Shown: in pieces, positions 24,961-37,432 of the stretch
Position numbering within the stretch: position 1 is the first letter of the stretch
Layout: each line of letters starts with the position of its first letter
Origin: Octopus bimaculoides
Lineage: Eukaryota
Length of the DNA stretch: 58,801 bases
Assembly (NCBI RefSeq): GCF_001194135.2
Contig: NC_068982.1
Location: 75,373,200 to 75,432,000, forward strand
Direction: 5' to 3'
Translations under genes and position numbers: made by a program
The notes under the pieces: generated by a model
Database searches by the model: none
What the model was told of the DNA's origin: nothing
Seen by the model: the letters and a program-made list of their open reading frames with translations, nothing else

Positions 24961-27900
24961 ATAGTCTCTTTTTGTCACTTGTGAAACAGCTGGTAAGTGT
25001 AATGATAGTTGCTTCTGATAGGACTCTTTGGAAGAGGTGCCTGAGGACTCAACCCTTACAACCCACATAGAAATAATGGATGGATGAGTTAGATATGTTA
25101 CTGTTTGTAACCACTGAAACTTACCAAACTTGACTGAAGACTTAATTATACCAACATATTTTGATAATCTCAGATTCTGGATTTCCTCTTGAAGTTATAG
25201 ATCAACCTAATCTGGATTAAGCTATTACAATATAATGCTCACACCACCAATTGGGGAAAGCACTTTTTCCAAGAAACTTCAAGACATTACTGTTATATAT
25301 GTGTGTGTATATAATATACATACATACATGAAAAGAAGTTGAAAATGCACTTGGAGCCTTTAAAAAGATTCATTTAGATTTACCAAGTTGAGATAGATAA
25401 CGCTATAGCACCAGATCTCTATCTTACACTTCATTTATTCGTGCATTCATTTTTTACATCCATTTTTCCATGTTAGCATGGGTTAGATACATATATTAAT
25501 GATGGCCTTCCTGAAGTAAGGGATCTCTTATTTCACATAACTTCAAAGATGTGAAGAGGGCAGATGATTTATTGATAGAAGTGAGAACGTTGCTTACAGT
25601 AACTTCACACTATGTTTGAAAATTATGAAACTGGTGAAATTGTGTAAGAATTTTTTCAAAGAGTTCAAGTGCATTTTAACTTCTTAATACTTCTATTCCT
25701 CCTTTTAAAAAAAGCTTATTTTCCTGTACATATACACATTTGTATGTATGCATAATTAGTTATTATTTTAAAGCAAGTTTAAGAATAACAATGAAGCATT
25801 TATTGATGGTGGTGGTAGTGACTCTATACTGAGAGTAGAGTCAAATTTATAAATAAAATCAATGTCACCTGATTGAATAAGTCATCAAGCAAACTTAAAG
25901 TCGCAGTTAACACAAATTTTATATGACTTAGGGAAGAATGAGTACTCGATAACATAGTAGAGATTAATAATATTTTTATTTTGGTTGAGTCAGTCACTTG
26001 ATACGTTGAGTTTTGCCTGAAGAGCCTGTATATTCGTAGGTGAAACTCAGAGTAGCAAGATGCTGAGTTGACCAAAATAAAATTAACACACACATACCAG
26101 TAGACAAAATTTCAAAGGCAAAAACAATAGCATTGCTAGAGTGTGCATAGTTATATTTTCAGCAAGAATTTTCAAATATTTTCCTTTAAATTATGTTAAA
26201 TTCTATAAATATTTGAATATCTAACCACATGCACATGCATACACGCACACACACAAGTATATATGTGCATGTATGTATGTTGATATATGTCATGCTGAAG
26301 TTTCTAAGCAAGTTGAGTTTATCATGTGTTCATCCTCTTGAAACTTTTACTATGTTTACTCAGTAGTAGCAGCTATAAAATGATTGAATATTAAGTACTC
26401 TTTTAATGGTTCAATTTACACAATTGTATGTGTGTGTGTGTGTGTGTATGTGTGTGTGTGTGTGTTAATTAATATCTATCTACAGATACACATATGCATA
26501 CACTCACACATCAAATGTGTGTGTGTTGTTTACATCACAAGAATTTTGAAATTTTGGAGACATGAAATAAATAGTTTATGACAGTGGAATGCAAAGTAGA
26601 TAACGCTACAACAGTGTAAATATTGGATAAAAAAGCCCTTTGGATAAGAAAAGTCAAAAGCTGGACAGAACATCTGTCATGTATGCTTACAGAAGATGGA
26701 TGTTGTGTTTCATGGGCAGCCTCTAATATTTTTGTATCCAAGGATTTTTATAACTCCATATTTACATGCTATTCTTTATAGCTTTATCTACTTTGCATTT
26801 GACTATTAAAAGCAATATATTTGATATTTATCTAAAAATCCATGAGAGAGAAAAGCAGGCACTCATATATTGGTTAACAGGGTGGGCATATAATTATTAA
26901 TAGAACACAATATTATATTCTCATATCAGTCATTTTATCAATTAGTTTCATACCAGGAGTTGAGATAAACTCAGCAATCATCTGAAAAGAATGAAAGGAA
27001 AAGCATGGCATGGGTTCTTTGTTACTGGACGTCTGGAAAGGACTTTATCTCAACCCTTGTATGAAACCAATTGGTAAAATGGTTGATATGAGAACATATT
27101 TATTTTGTTAATAATATATATATATCAAATCAGCAGAAGTTACAGAGTGACTCAAGGGCCAAGAGTTTCACATGTTGGCACAAGTCACACACACACATAC
27201 ATACATACATACAGAGAGAGAAAAATAATGCGACAAGCTCTAAGACTGATTTCGAATCCATAGAGAGCTCAGATGTCTTGACATCTGAGACTCTTGAACA
27301 CTTTCTGGTAAAAGAAGGAAAAAAAAAAATTTTTTTTCAAATTTTTGTTTTAGTTATTATTTATAACTATTTCAGTTGTGATTTTAAAATATATTTTAAC
27401 AAATAATAATGTGAAGATTGCAGTGATGGTTATAATAATGAATAATATCAACAATATTAAATGATAATAATAATGATAATATTGGTAAGTTTTAATTATT
27501 TAGAATTTTAATAAAAAATAAATAAAATTTCTAGGAGCAATAATAAAAATTAAAAACAAACAAACCTGATATTGCTTCTGTCTGTAACGAGCATGCACAG
27601 ACATTAATACAAACACATACACACACTCATACAATACATATACACAGATGTATGTATATCTATATATCCATTTACAACACAGGGGCACATACATAAATGA
27701 ATAACAATTCTGTTGATGTTTCTCTTCAAATTTCCAGATGTAAATTTGTTGTGAGATAGCTAATAATAATAATAATAATAATGGCACAAGGCCAACAATT
27801 TTGATGGGGGTGGGTTAATCAATACCATTGACCCCAATACTTGACTAGTATTTTATCCATCCCCAAAGGATGAAGGGGTAAGTTGACCTTGGCTGGACTT

Positions 27901-28231
27901 GAACAGAGAACCAGAAGAAACAATACATGACATTTTTCTGATGCTCTTTTGAATCTGCCAGCTCTCCAAATAATAATAGTGATAATAATAAAGTGTCTAA
28001 CATAGGCTCAAAGCCACAAGTTCGGTTGGGGTGGGTGGGTTAAATCAATCCTTGTATGGTGCTTTATTTTATTGTCTCTCAAGAGGATAGAAAGTAAAGT
28101 TCACCATGATTGGATTTGAAACCAGAATGTAAAAGCTGGAAATAATAATAATAGTAGTAGTAGTAGTAATAATAATAAACAATAATGACATTCTCAAACT
28201 AATATACATACATACAGTCAAATACACACAC

Positions 28232-28284
<53 letters not shown>

Positions 28285-28289
28285 TTCAC

Positions 28290-28372
28290 TGACAGTGATT
28301 TCAAATACTTGCCAATGGTGGTCTCATCCATCTGATGACACCACCATTGATGAAACTTTGAAGTCACAGTCA
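28290..28372. repeat. foldback with hammerhead core CTGATGA...GAAACTTTGAAGTC
   Basis: 16-bp inner arms (1 mismatch, 5-nt loop) plus outer arms; CTGATGA 28332-28338, GAAA 28352-28355, GTC 28363-28365. Confidence 0.65.
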
Positions 28373-29086
28373 ATAAGATTAACAATAAAATTTGACTACA
28401 TTTATAGTTGTCTTTTTTTTCTTTCAGTTAATGTCACAGTTTTTATAATTTTTATATTGTATAATTATAAAAAACTTTCTTTAACAATACATATAGTATA
28501 TATACATATACATACACATACATACATATACACACTCATACACATATCACTTGTCAAAAGCCTTTTTATTTTCAATGTTGATCTGTCCTGGTATTGGAGG
28601 ATATTGACTGAACAGACTATTTCTTTCTATGGTGAATATACCATAAAACATGTCTTGTTTAGAGGCAGTAAAGGTATTTGTGGTGATAAATTTGGTATCC
28701 CATGATGATGAGTTCACTCATACATCATCACTGCCAAAACTAGATCCCAAAGACTGGACTTGATTCATTGCTAATATCTACAATGCCTGTGTGTGGAGCT
28801 GCTGCTATTGCTACACATGCAAACATCCATGACTAGATCCAGTGAGAAAAAAAAAAAACCCTCTAACTTAATAGCCAAAAAATGTACTCTACAAATGAGA
28901 ATCTTCTGTCACATTTCTAGTTAAGAGTACACTACTTTTACCTATAGTCCACCTCATAATGCTGGCCTTTACTTATATTGTATACTGCCTTTCATCTGAC
29001 AAATGCTATATTAAACATTTTGTTCAATATTTTCTCTCCAGAACAGCATCCCTTTAAAACCAATTTCTTCTCCATGTGTTCCTTAA

Positions 29087-29285
29087 CCCTTTAACTCTGT
29101 CAAATGTAATGCTTATTTATTTCTGTTATTTTGAATTAATCAAGCATTATCTTTAAGCTTCAATATTACAATGACATGATTGCCTATTTTTAGAATGACA
29201 TTGTAGAGTAAGTGTGAGAGGCCTGTTTGCACATAAAACAAGCAGAACATATGGGCTGGATATGGTTGGTTTAAAAGCTAAAGAG
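29087..29285. mobile_element. piggyBac-type MITE copy
   Basis: ttaa|cccttta start, gctaaagag end, shared internal sequence. Confidence 0.6.
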
Positions 29286-29724
29286 ATAAAGATATCAACT
29301 GACAGGCAATATTGCTTTAGTGTTTTAGCATACTGGCCAGTTGTTCAGATGCCTCCACAGGTTTAGGGACTCAATGCTAATCTATGTATGTTGTGGTTTG
29401 ATATCAATAAATAAATACTATATGCCCTACCACATTGCTTGACCCAGTGACTGGTGGTGTTATAATGCTATTAAAACAGCCCTATGAATATACCAAAATA
29501 TTTTAAATATATATAGGCCTTGCTAGGCCTTTATATTTTAAATTTATAGGCTTTGAAAATTGGAGGGTGCCCGCAAAATCAAGGGTATCCCTTTCTCTAT
29601 TGAATAAATAATTTAAAGAAAAAAAAACAGTCCGCCCCCATATGTGTGTGAATGCATGTATTTTTTCTCTGTCTTTACAAAGAGGCATATTCGTATGTCT
29701 ACACGTTTTTGAGTGTGTATGCAA

Positions 29725-29757
<33 letters not shown>

Positions 29758-30659
29758 ACACACACACATCATAAAGACAACAACAACAGAAAAATTTCCA
29801 AATTGTGACAAAAGATTCAAAATAAAACAATCAAGGCATCTAAGACAGCCATGATCTGCTGTAATTGTGCGATGAGCATATACGAAGGAAAATAAATGTA
29901 GTAGGGTGGTGGTGGTGGTGATGTAGTAGGACTATACATGATACAACAGTCATTGCAGCTGCTGTTAATAGTACTGGTTTTAGTGGTTGCAATCACTAAT
30001 TTGCTTGTGAGAAAAAAAGAACATTGAGGAAATCAAGGAGTTAGTCCTTCCAAAGTCTGTCAGTTGTAGAAATTCTCCATTGATAAACCATATGTGTTAT
30101 ATATATATATATATATATTCACACACATATATCTATATGCATGTATACACATATATGTATGTATAGGATTGTGTGAAAATATATCTTCAAATACACACAA
30201 ACACACTTGTGGATATAGTTGGCTACCATCAAAGTAGATTTTGTTTCTATCTTTTCTTTTTTTTAACTTTGTTTCAGAAAATTTATAATAGCTCATTCAA
30301 TAATTCTAATAGTGTTTTCAGAATGTTTTTTGTCTCTCTACAAGCACAGTTGCGCACACAAACATTATAAAATATATACATATATATATATTTGGCCTCT
30401 AATGAAATTAAATTAAGCAATGCTGTCACATTATACATTTAGAGAGATTTATTGATACATTCTTTACTTTATTTATCTATCACATAATAAACACATGTAC
30501 AAATTTACACACACAAACACACACATATACATACATATAGACGTACACATACATATATATATAAACACAGACACACACCTATACACATATGTATACATGT
30601 CTATGTGGCTGTATCTGTATATATGTAAGTATATGTCTCTGTATGTATATGTGTATATC

Positions 30660-30694
<35 letters not shown>

Positions 30695-30699
30695 ATCAT

Positions 30700-30905
30700 C
30701 ATCATCGTTTAACGTCCGTTTTCCATGCTGGCATGGGTTGGACGGTTTGACTGAGGTCTGAAGAGCCAGTAGCTGCACCAGGCTCCAATCTGATCTGACA
30801 ACGTTTCTACAGCTGGATGCCCTTCCTAATGCCGACCACTGCTAGAGTGTAGTGGGTACTTTTTACATGCCACCGGCAGAGGAACCAGTCAGGCGAGCTT
30901 GGCAT
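30700..30905 (-). mobile_element. family A repeat
   Basis: catcatcatcgtttaacgtccgttttccatgctggcatggg. Confidence 0.8.
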
Positions 30906-31006
30906 CGATATATATATATACTTGCATTTATATAAATATATGTGCAGGTGTATTGTGTCTATATGCATACATTTGTATATGTATGTATGTGTATATATTT
31001 GTATGT

Positions 31007-31047
<41 letters not shown>

Positions 31048-31096
31048 GATATGTGTATGTGCACATATATGACTGTATACATTTTAATGAATGTAC

Positions 31097-31155
<59 letters not shown>

Positions 31156-31664
31156 CTCATAAATTTGTTACATGTTTATTACATAGCAGATAAATAAAGT
31201 AAAGAATGTATCAATAAATCTCCCTAAATATATATGACAGCATTGCTTAATGTAATTGCATTAAAGGCCAAATTATTTGTTATTATACTGTATGAGTGAT
31301 AAGTTTTATATATATGTATGTATATACATATATATATTTATACACATATATACTTGTATACATATTCATATATATACATACATATACAAATATATATACA
31401 TATACGTATATATATACATAGATATATATACACACATATATATATATATATATAATATACAAATATATACATACACATATATATATACATACATATATAT
31501 ATGTATATATACATAAGTACATATATATATATATATATATATATANNNNNNNNNNNNNNNNNNNNNNNNNNNNNNNNNNNNNNNNNNNNNNNNNNNNNNN
31601 NNNNNNNNNNNNNNNNNNNNNNNNNNNNNNNNNNNNNNNNNNNNNNNNNNNNNNNNNNNNNNNN

Positions 31665-31938
31665 ACACATAATCATACATATCTATATATATATACACAT
31701 AATCATACATATCTATATATATATACACATAATCATACATATCTATATATATATACACATAATCATACATATCTATATATATATATATATACACATAATC
31801 ATACATATATACACATAATCATATATATATATATACACATAATCATATATATATATATACACATAATCATATATATATATATATATACACATAATCATAT
31901 ATACACATAATCATATATATATATATATACACATAATC

Positions 31939-31960
<22 letters not shown>
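31665..31960. repeat. compound minisatellite: ~10 copies of acacataatcat each followed by variable (at)n
   Basis: direct reading; abuts N gap 31546-31664. Confidence 0.85.
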
Positions 31961-31984
<24 letters not shown>

Positions 31985-34130
31985 GCATATATATACAGTC
32001 TCCCATAACAACACAGAGTAACAGCCCTCCATGTTGCCATGCCAAAATATAAAATAAATAAAATCTGGCTACTGTCCTAATGATTATTTGTTTTTCAGTC
32101 ATAAAAGTTTCAAAGCACATAAATATGTACACTTGCTTCTCTATTCACACACACACTGAATTTGAGGGAAGATGTGTCTCCTTAAATATGCATTTTTTGC
32201 TTGTTCATGTCTAATTATATACCTGAAGTATCTCTACTAAAGATTTAACAAGCACATACATACTTGTACATAGATCCTATTTATAAATTTTTATAAGGGA
32301 AATGTTGACTGTGCCTTTGAAGTTTTGGCTTACTAGCCATCATCAGACAACAGGTAATCTGTCTGTGGACAACTGGTAATCTGAAATTTCAAAGTTACTG
32401 TCAATTTTTGCTTGTAAAAGTTTAAGAAACACGAACTTTATTAAAAGCTATTGAGTGATCGTTCAAGCTTAATGTTAAATTGTTTTAATATACAACTGCT
32501 ACTGATGAGTATAGAGCTCTGTTTTTTATCATAATTTCTTAATTATCTATTTATACACACACACACAATTATGCATATATGTGTAAAATCATCATCAGAA
32601 TTATTATATATCTGTTTTTTTTCATGCTGCCATAAAGTCAATGGTTCTGTTCCAACACAGTTTTTCGCTACTTATCACAGTCTTTCACCATCTGTTACAG
32701 CAGAAAAGAAACCCATAAATTTTTGTTCTAGTGTTTGCCTTTCTCACCAACAGTAAAGCACAAGATGAGTGCTTCACTGTTACAAGGAAGTTTGTCTTGT
32801 GACAGAGCTAAAAGCTCATTTCAATCCTGTGTCAGTTTTTATACATAGTTATTACTCTTCTTTCCAGATGTGTTGTTTTTGCTGTAGTTTGCAAAGTCCA
32901 CATGTTTTCTATTTACTCTCTGTTTTTTTTTTCTTATTTGCATAGTCTTTTTTGGATGCTTTTCACTAACATCATTAGAGAGTTATGGCATAGCTGTAGT
33001 GAAGGAAACCCACCTAGAAGACAGGGCACTTTAAATATACTTGACAGTATGTGAAAGGGTTCAACATAATCTCATGGAAAATGTGGACTCTGTGAGCTTG
33101 AGTGAAAGCAACCAAACTGGGAGAGCAGTTAAGTTGAATAAAAATATACAAAGTAGAAGGGACTACTTTAATCATGACACACATCCCTCTCGTGTTGATG
33201 GCACAAAATGTTAACAGTCAATATTGTATGAGCATCCAGCTATAAATAAGCAATGGATTCCAAAAGAGCCACAGAGAAAAGCAATTCTAGATAGGATAAT
33301 ACATCTAGTTCCAGTGGTAGGAAAAATACACTCAGTACACTCTGTGAAGTAGTTGGTGATAGGGAGAGCAACCAGCCTTAGAAACCATGCCAAAGATGAA
33401 ACATACCAATCTATTTATGTTATGTGCACCACTAATTATAAGATATACAATCCTAGAAAATCTCTCTTCTGTACAATTGTGATTTTTTTTTTTTGTTAGT
33501 ATTATGATATAGAGAAAAAAACTTTAGTCAGACTTATTGTAATTTCTGTCTACAATGCACTATAAATATTCACATGTCTTCAAAATAAAAAGTAAATTTG
33601 AAAGTGACTTATGAATTTTACTGGTGTAAGTTGTAAAAATGTATAATCTTGTAAAACGTCAACCAGTATGGAAAGATATATAAGACATAAACAATTCCAT
33701 TTAAATACTTTTGTTATTAGAAACTCTTATTCTCTCAAGAGAAACATGTAAACAGTGACCATTCATTACAATAACTGTAGAGTTTCAGAAACAGAGGCAT
33801 AATTTATGGGGAGTTTATACTGCCATTTTGATGAGGACAGTATCTATAAATAATCATTATTGATTATTTATTTATAGAATGTTTACATTGAATAATTAAA
33901 GAAAGTATTTCAATAATAGAACTATAACTATTCTAATAAAGATTGGCAGTTGTAATTCCACAGAGTGCATGTGTGCCAGTTGTATCAACCATGTAATACA
34001 TTATTACTTCCATAGAAAAATATAACATTATTAATGCTAATTAAATAACACACACACACAATGGATACTATAGAAAAATATAACATTATTAGATAAGAGA
34101 GTATTGTAGTTCGCTTGAAGCATTGTGTAT

Positions 34131-34407
34131 TGTTTGTAAAGAATAAAAAGTTTAGAAAGGTATAACAATGCACTATAGAACAAAAAATGGACTATATACC
34201 TGTTGTAACTTGGTTATCTATAGTCCGATGATATTTCGGAATTACAATTCCTTCTTCAGATCTTATTTGCTGGAGTCTCTGCTATAAACTTTATAATTCC
34301 GAAATATCATCGGACTATAGATAACCAAGTTACAACAGGTATATAGTCCATTTTTTGTTCTATAGTGCATTGTTATACCTTTCTAAACTTTTTATTCTTT
34401 ACAAACA
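34131..34407. repeat. perfect 114-bp inverted repeat, 49-bp spacer, with a hammerhead core on the minus strand
   Basis: arms 34131-34244 and 34294-34407 checked base by base; minus CTGAAGA at 34253-34259, GAAA at 34234-34237. Confidence 0.95.
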
Positions 34408-34624
34408 TTATTAGAGTTACACATAAGTTAGCTAGGACAATGGATGTAAATAGTTTACTCCCACTGTACCTTCCTGAATATAGTAACACGCTTGAGGCAG
34501 AGAAACAAATGAGTGGCATTTAGATTTGAATCTCAAATTGATGTAGACTGTGATGATAACTTGTTCAAATCATGTCAGCATGAAAAACAATAAAAATAAT
34601 AATGATGATGATGACATACATGTA

Positions 34625-34684
<60 letters not shown>

Positions 34685-34947
34685 GCTCCATATACATATA
34701 ATGTTCCATAAACTAGAAACCCCGAAACAAGTACTACTCTTACCAAAGTTAGAACCAGACAATATCAATGTATGGTTTATAATATAAAGAACAAATCCAC
34801 TGTAAACAAAAGATCCCTTAAGTTTAACCCTAAGGGGACTAGAATTTCAATCACAGACAATTTGGAAAACACACCATAGAAAAGATTCACAGCCAACAAG
34901 CACATCAAATGCATACATCATCAACTATCTCTCTCTCTCTCATACAC

Positions 34948-34981
<34 letters not shown>

Positions 34982-35047
34982 TAGAAATAATGAATTTCTA
35001 AATCTCTCAAGAGAGACTTAAGCAGTAGTGATGCGATAAAGTAGTTG

Positions 35048-35187
35048 TATACTGCCAACTTAACGTGACAGTCCCAATAAGGGAATATACTATTGCTGTT
35101 TAGCCCTAGGAAGCCAGACCGCTTCCTAGGGCTAAACAGCAGTAGTATATTCTCTTATTGGGACTGTCACGTTAAGTTGGCAGTATA
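35048..35187. repeat. 67-bp-arm hairpin with 6-nt loop
   Basis: arms 35048-35114 and 35121-35187, two mismatches; abuts N gap. Confidence 0.9.
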
Positions 35188-36138
35188 TNNNNNNNNNNNN
35201 NNNNNNNNNNNNNNNNNNNNNNNNNNNNNNNNNNNNNATATATATACATACATACATACACACATATATATATACATACACACAAACACACACACATATA
35301 TATATCTGGTGGTGCTATTAAATTAGACAGGGCCTGGGCCTATACTGGCTGAAACCTATCTAAATTATACATATATGTTAATGTTTGTTTTTACGTTCAG
35401 TTATAATAATGACAATTTTACATTAACCTGAAAGGTACTCCATACTTTTGTAAAGTATAAACTTATTAAACAAGAATAGTATTGACAGTAACTTTGAAGT
35501 TTTGGCTAGTCCAATGATGGCTTAGCTGGCTGAAATTTTGAAGTTACTATCAATACTGTTCTTGTCAAAGAATAATATATATATATATATATATATACAA
35601 AGAGTACCTAGATGCATAAATCTCATAAGCCATATCTTAATTTATATAATTGAGGCATTTATTTACTGAGGGTGCTCCACTACCTACAGGAAATTAGTTG
35701 GGATTATGAACAACGTCTGCACAAAATAAATACAAAGAATTAATCCTGAATGTATTGATATAATAGTAGCATGTGCAATATCTCCTTTACGGTAAATATT
35801 CTAATGCCTCTAGATATTTTTGTGATTAGTTGCTTATTCTGCTGAGACAGTTTCCTGTGAATCCTTACTATAAATAGCAATCAACTGGAGCAACTGGAAC
35901 GTATGAGAGGAATGAAATGAATATGTTTATATATATAAATGAAAAATTCCAGTCTTGAAAAAGTACTAAGAATATATCTAGAGTGCTCTGGTTTGATATC
36001 TTTAAATACCTTGGAAATACTAACAAGTTTTATATATACATATACTTATATATCCATATATACACATATCTATATACACATATACCTATATATATACCTA
36101 TCTATATCTATATACTCATATACCTATATATATACCTA

Positions 36139-36185
<47 letters not shown>

Positions 36186-36748
36186 NNNNNNNNNNNNNNN
36201 NNNNNNNNNNNNNNNNNNNNNNNNNNNNNNNNNNNNNNNNNNNNNNNNNNNNNNNNNNNNNNNNNNNNNNNNNNNNNNNNNNNNNNNNNNNNNNNNNNNN
36301 NNNNNNNNNNNNNNNNNNNNNNNNNNNNNNNNNNNNNNNNNNNNNNNNNNNNNNNNNNNNNNNNNNNNNNNNNNNNNNNNNNNNNNNNNNNNNNNNNNNN
36401 NNNNNNNNNNNNNNNNNNNNNNNNNNNNNNNNNNNNNNNNNNNNNNNNNNNNNNNNNNNNNNNNNNNNNNNNNNNNNNNNNNNNNNNNNNNNNNNNNNNN
36501 NNNNNNNNNNNNNNNNNNNNNNNNNNNNNNNNNNNNNNNNNNNNNNNNNNNNNNNNNNNNNNNNNNNNNNNNNNNNNNNNNNNNNNNNNNNNNNNNNNNN
36601 NNNNNNNNNNNNNNNNNNNNNNNNNNNNNNNNNNNNNNNNNNNNNNNNNNNNNNNNNNNNNNNNNNNNNNNNNNNNNNNNNNNNNNNNNNNNNNNNNNNN
36701 NNNNNNNNNNNNNNNNNNNNNNNNNNNNNNNNNNNNNNNNNNNNNNNN
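36186..36748. other. largest assembly gap, flanked by (TA)n; other gaps at about 16417-16623, 18960-19141, 19740-19749, 31546-31664, 35189-35237, 42479-42489, 54178-54286
   Basis: N runs. Confidence 0.95.
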
Positions 36749-36808
<60 letters not shown>

Positions 36809-37077
36809 TACCTATATATTTTATACATACACACACACACACATATATATACAAGTGCAGGTATATATATTCACAAATGTGTGTGCACGCGTGCATGCGT
36901 GTAGCTTTTGACGTATTCAGGAAAACAGAAAATAGGAGTGAATTGTGTTTATCTTTTGTTATTTAGACTTTGTGAACACGCACATACATATTGAATAGAT
37001 TATACATATAACACATGTATGTATGTATGTATGCATGTAAGTATGTATGTATGGGTATATATATATAATCATGTGTG

Positions 37078-37121
<44 letters not shown>

Positions 37122-37420
37122 TTCAAACACAAAGCAGTTTCATGCATACACACAAAATGAATCTCAATCAGCTATCATTAATTGGCAGGACTTGAACAGT
37201 AGCCAGATTTGGACATTGGTCAACCTAATAATATTAGTGATATTGTTGCTACTGTTGTTTTTGCTGTTGTTACTGCTGCTGCTGTTGTTGTGTGAGAGGC
37301 AAGTCGATGAATAGAATCAAAATAACAAGAAATTTTTCAAGGAGGTGATGGTAAATTGGACCTCTTGCAGATGCGGAAAATACTTGCAAAATATTAATCT
37401 AGCAGAGCAGCCTGTTGGTT

Positions 37421-37432
37421 TCAAGCCCAAAC
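37421..37432 (-). CDS. GNB5: G-protein beta-5, terminal coding exon (VWA*)
   Basis: ttttccag|GTT TGG GCT TGA; completes the [12 protein letters not shown]-terminus typical of Gbeta5. Confidence 0.85.
   Translation of the reverse strand, partial: VWA

Noticed and set aside
30278-30370. Strong plus-strand polypyrimidine/AG followed by a 30-codon frame
   Set aside because: No upstream partner exon identified and no recognisable peptide.
31665-31960. CRISPR-like repeat-spacer appearance
   Set aside because: The spacers are only (TA)n, the context is eukaryotic and there are no cas genes.
35939-36966. Long ORFs (220-327 aa) in several frames
   Set aside because: They are (TA)n runs plus N gap translated as YI/X; not genes. 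The same applies to ORFs at 30.5-31.8 kb, 9.3 kb and 28.2 kb.
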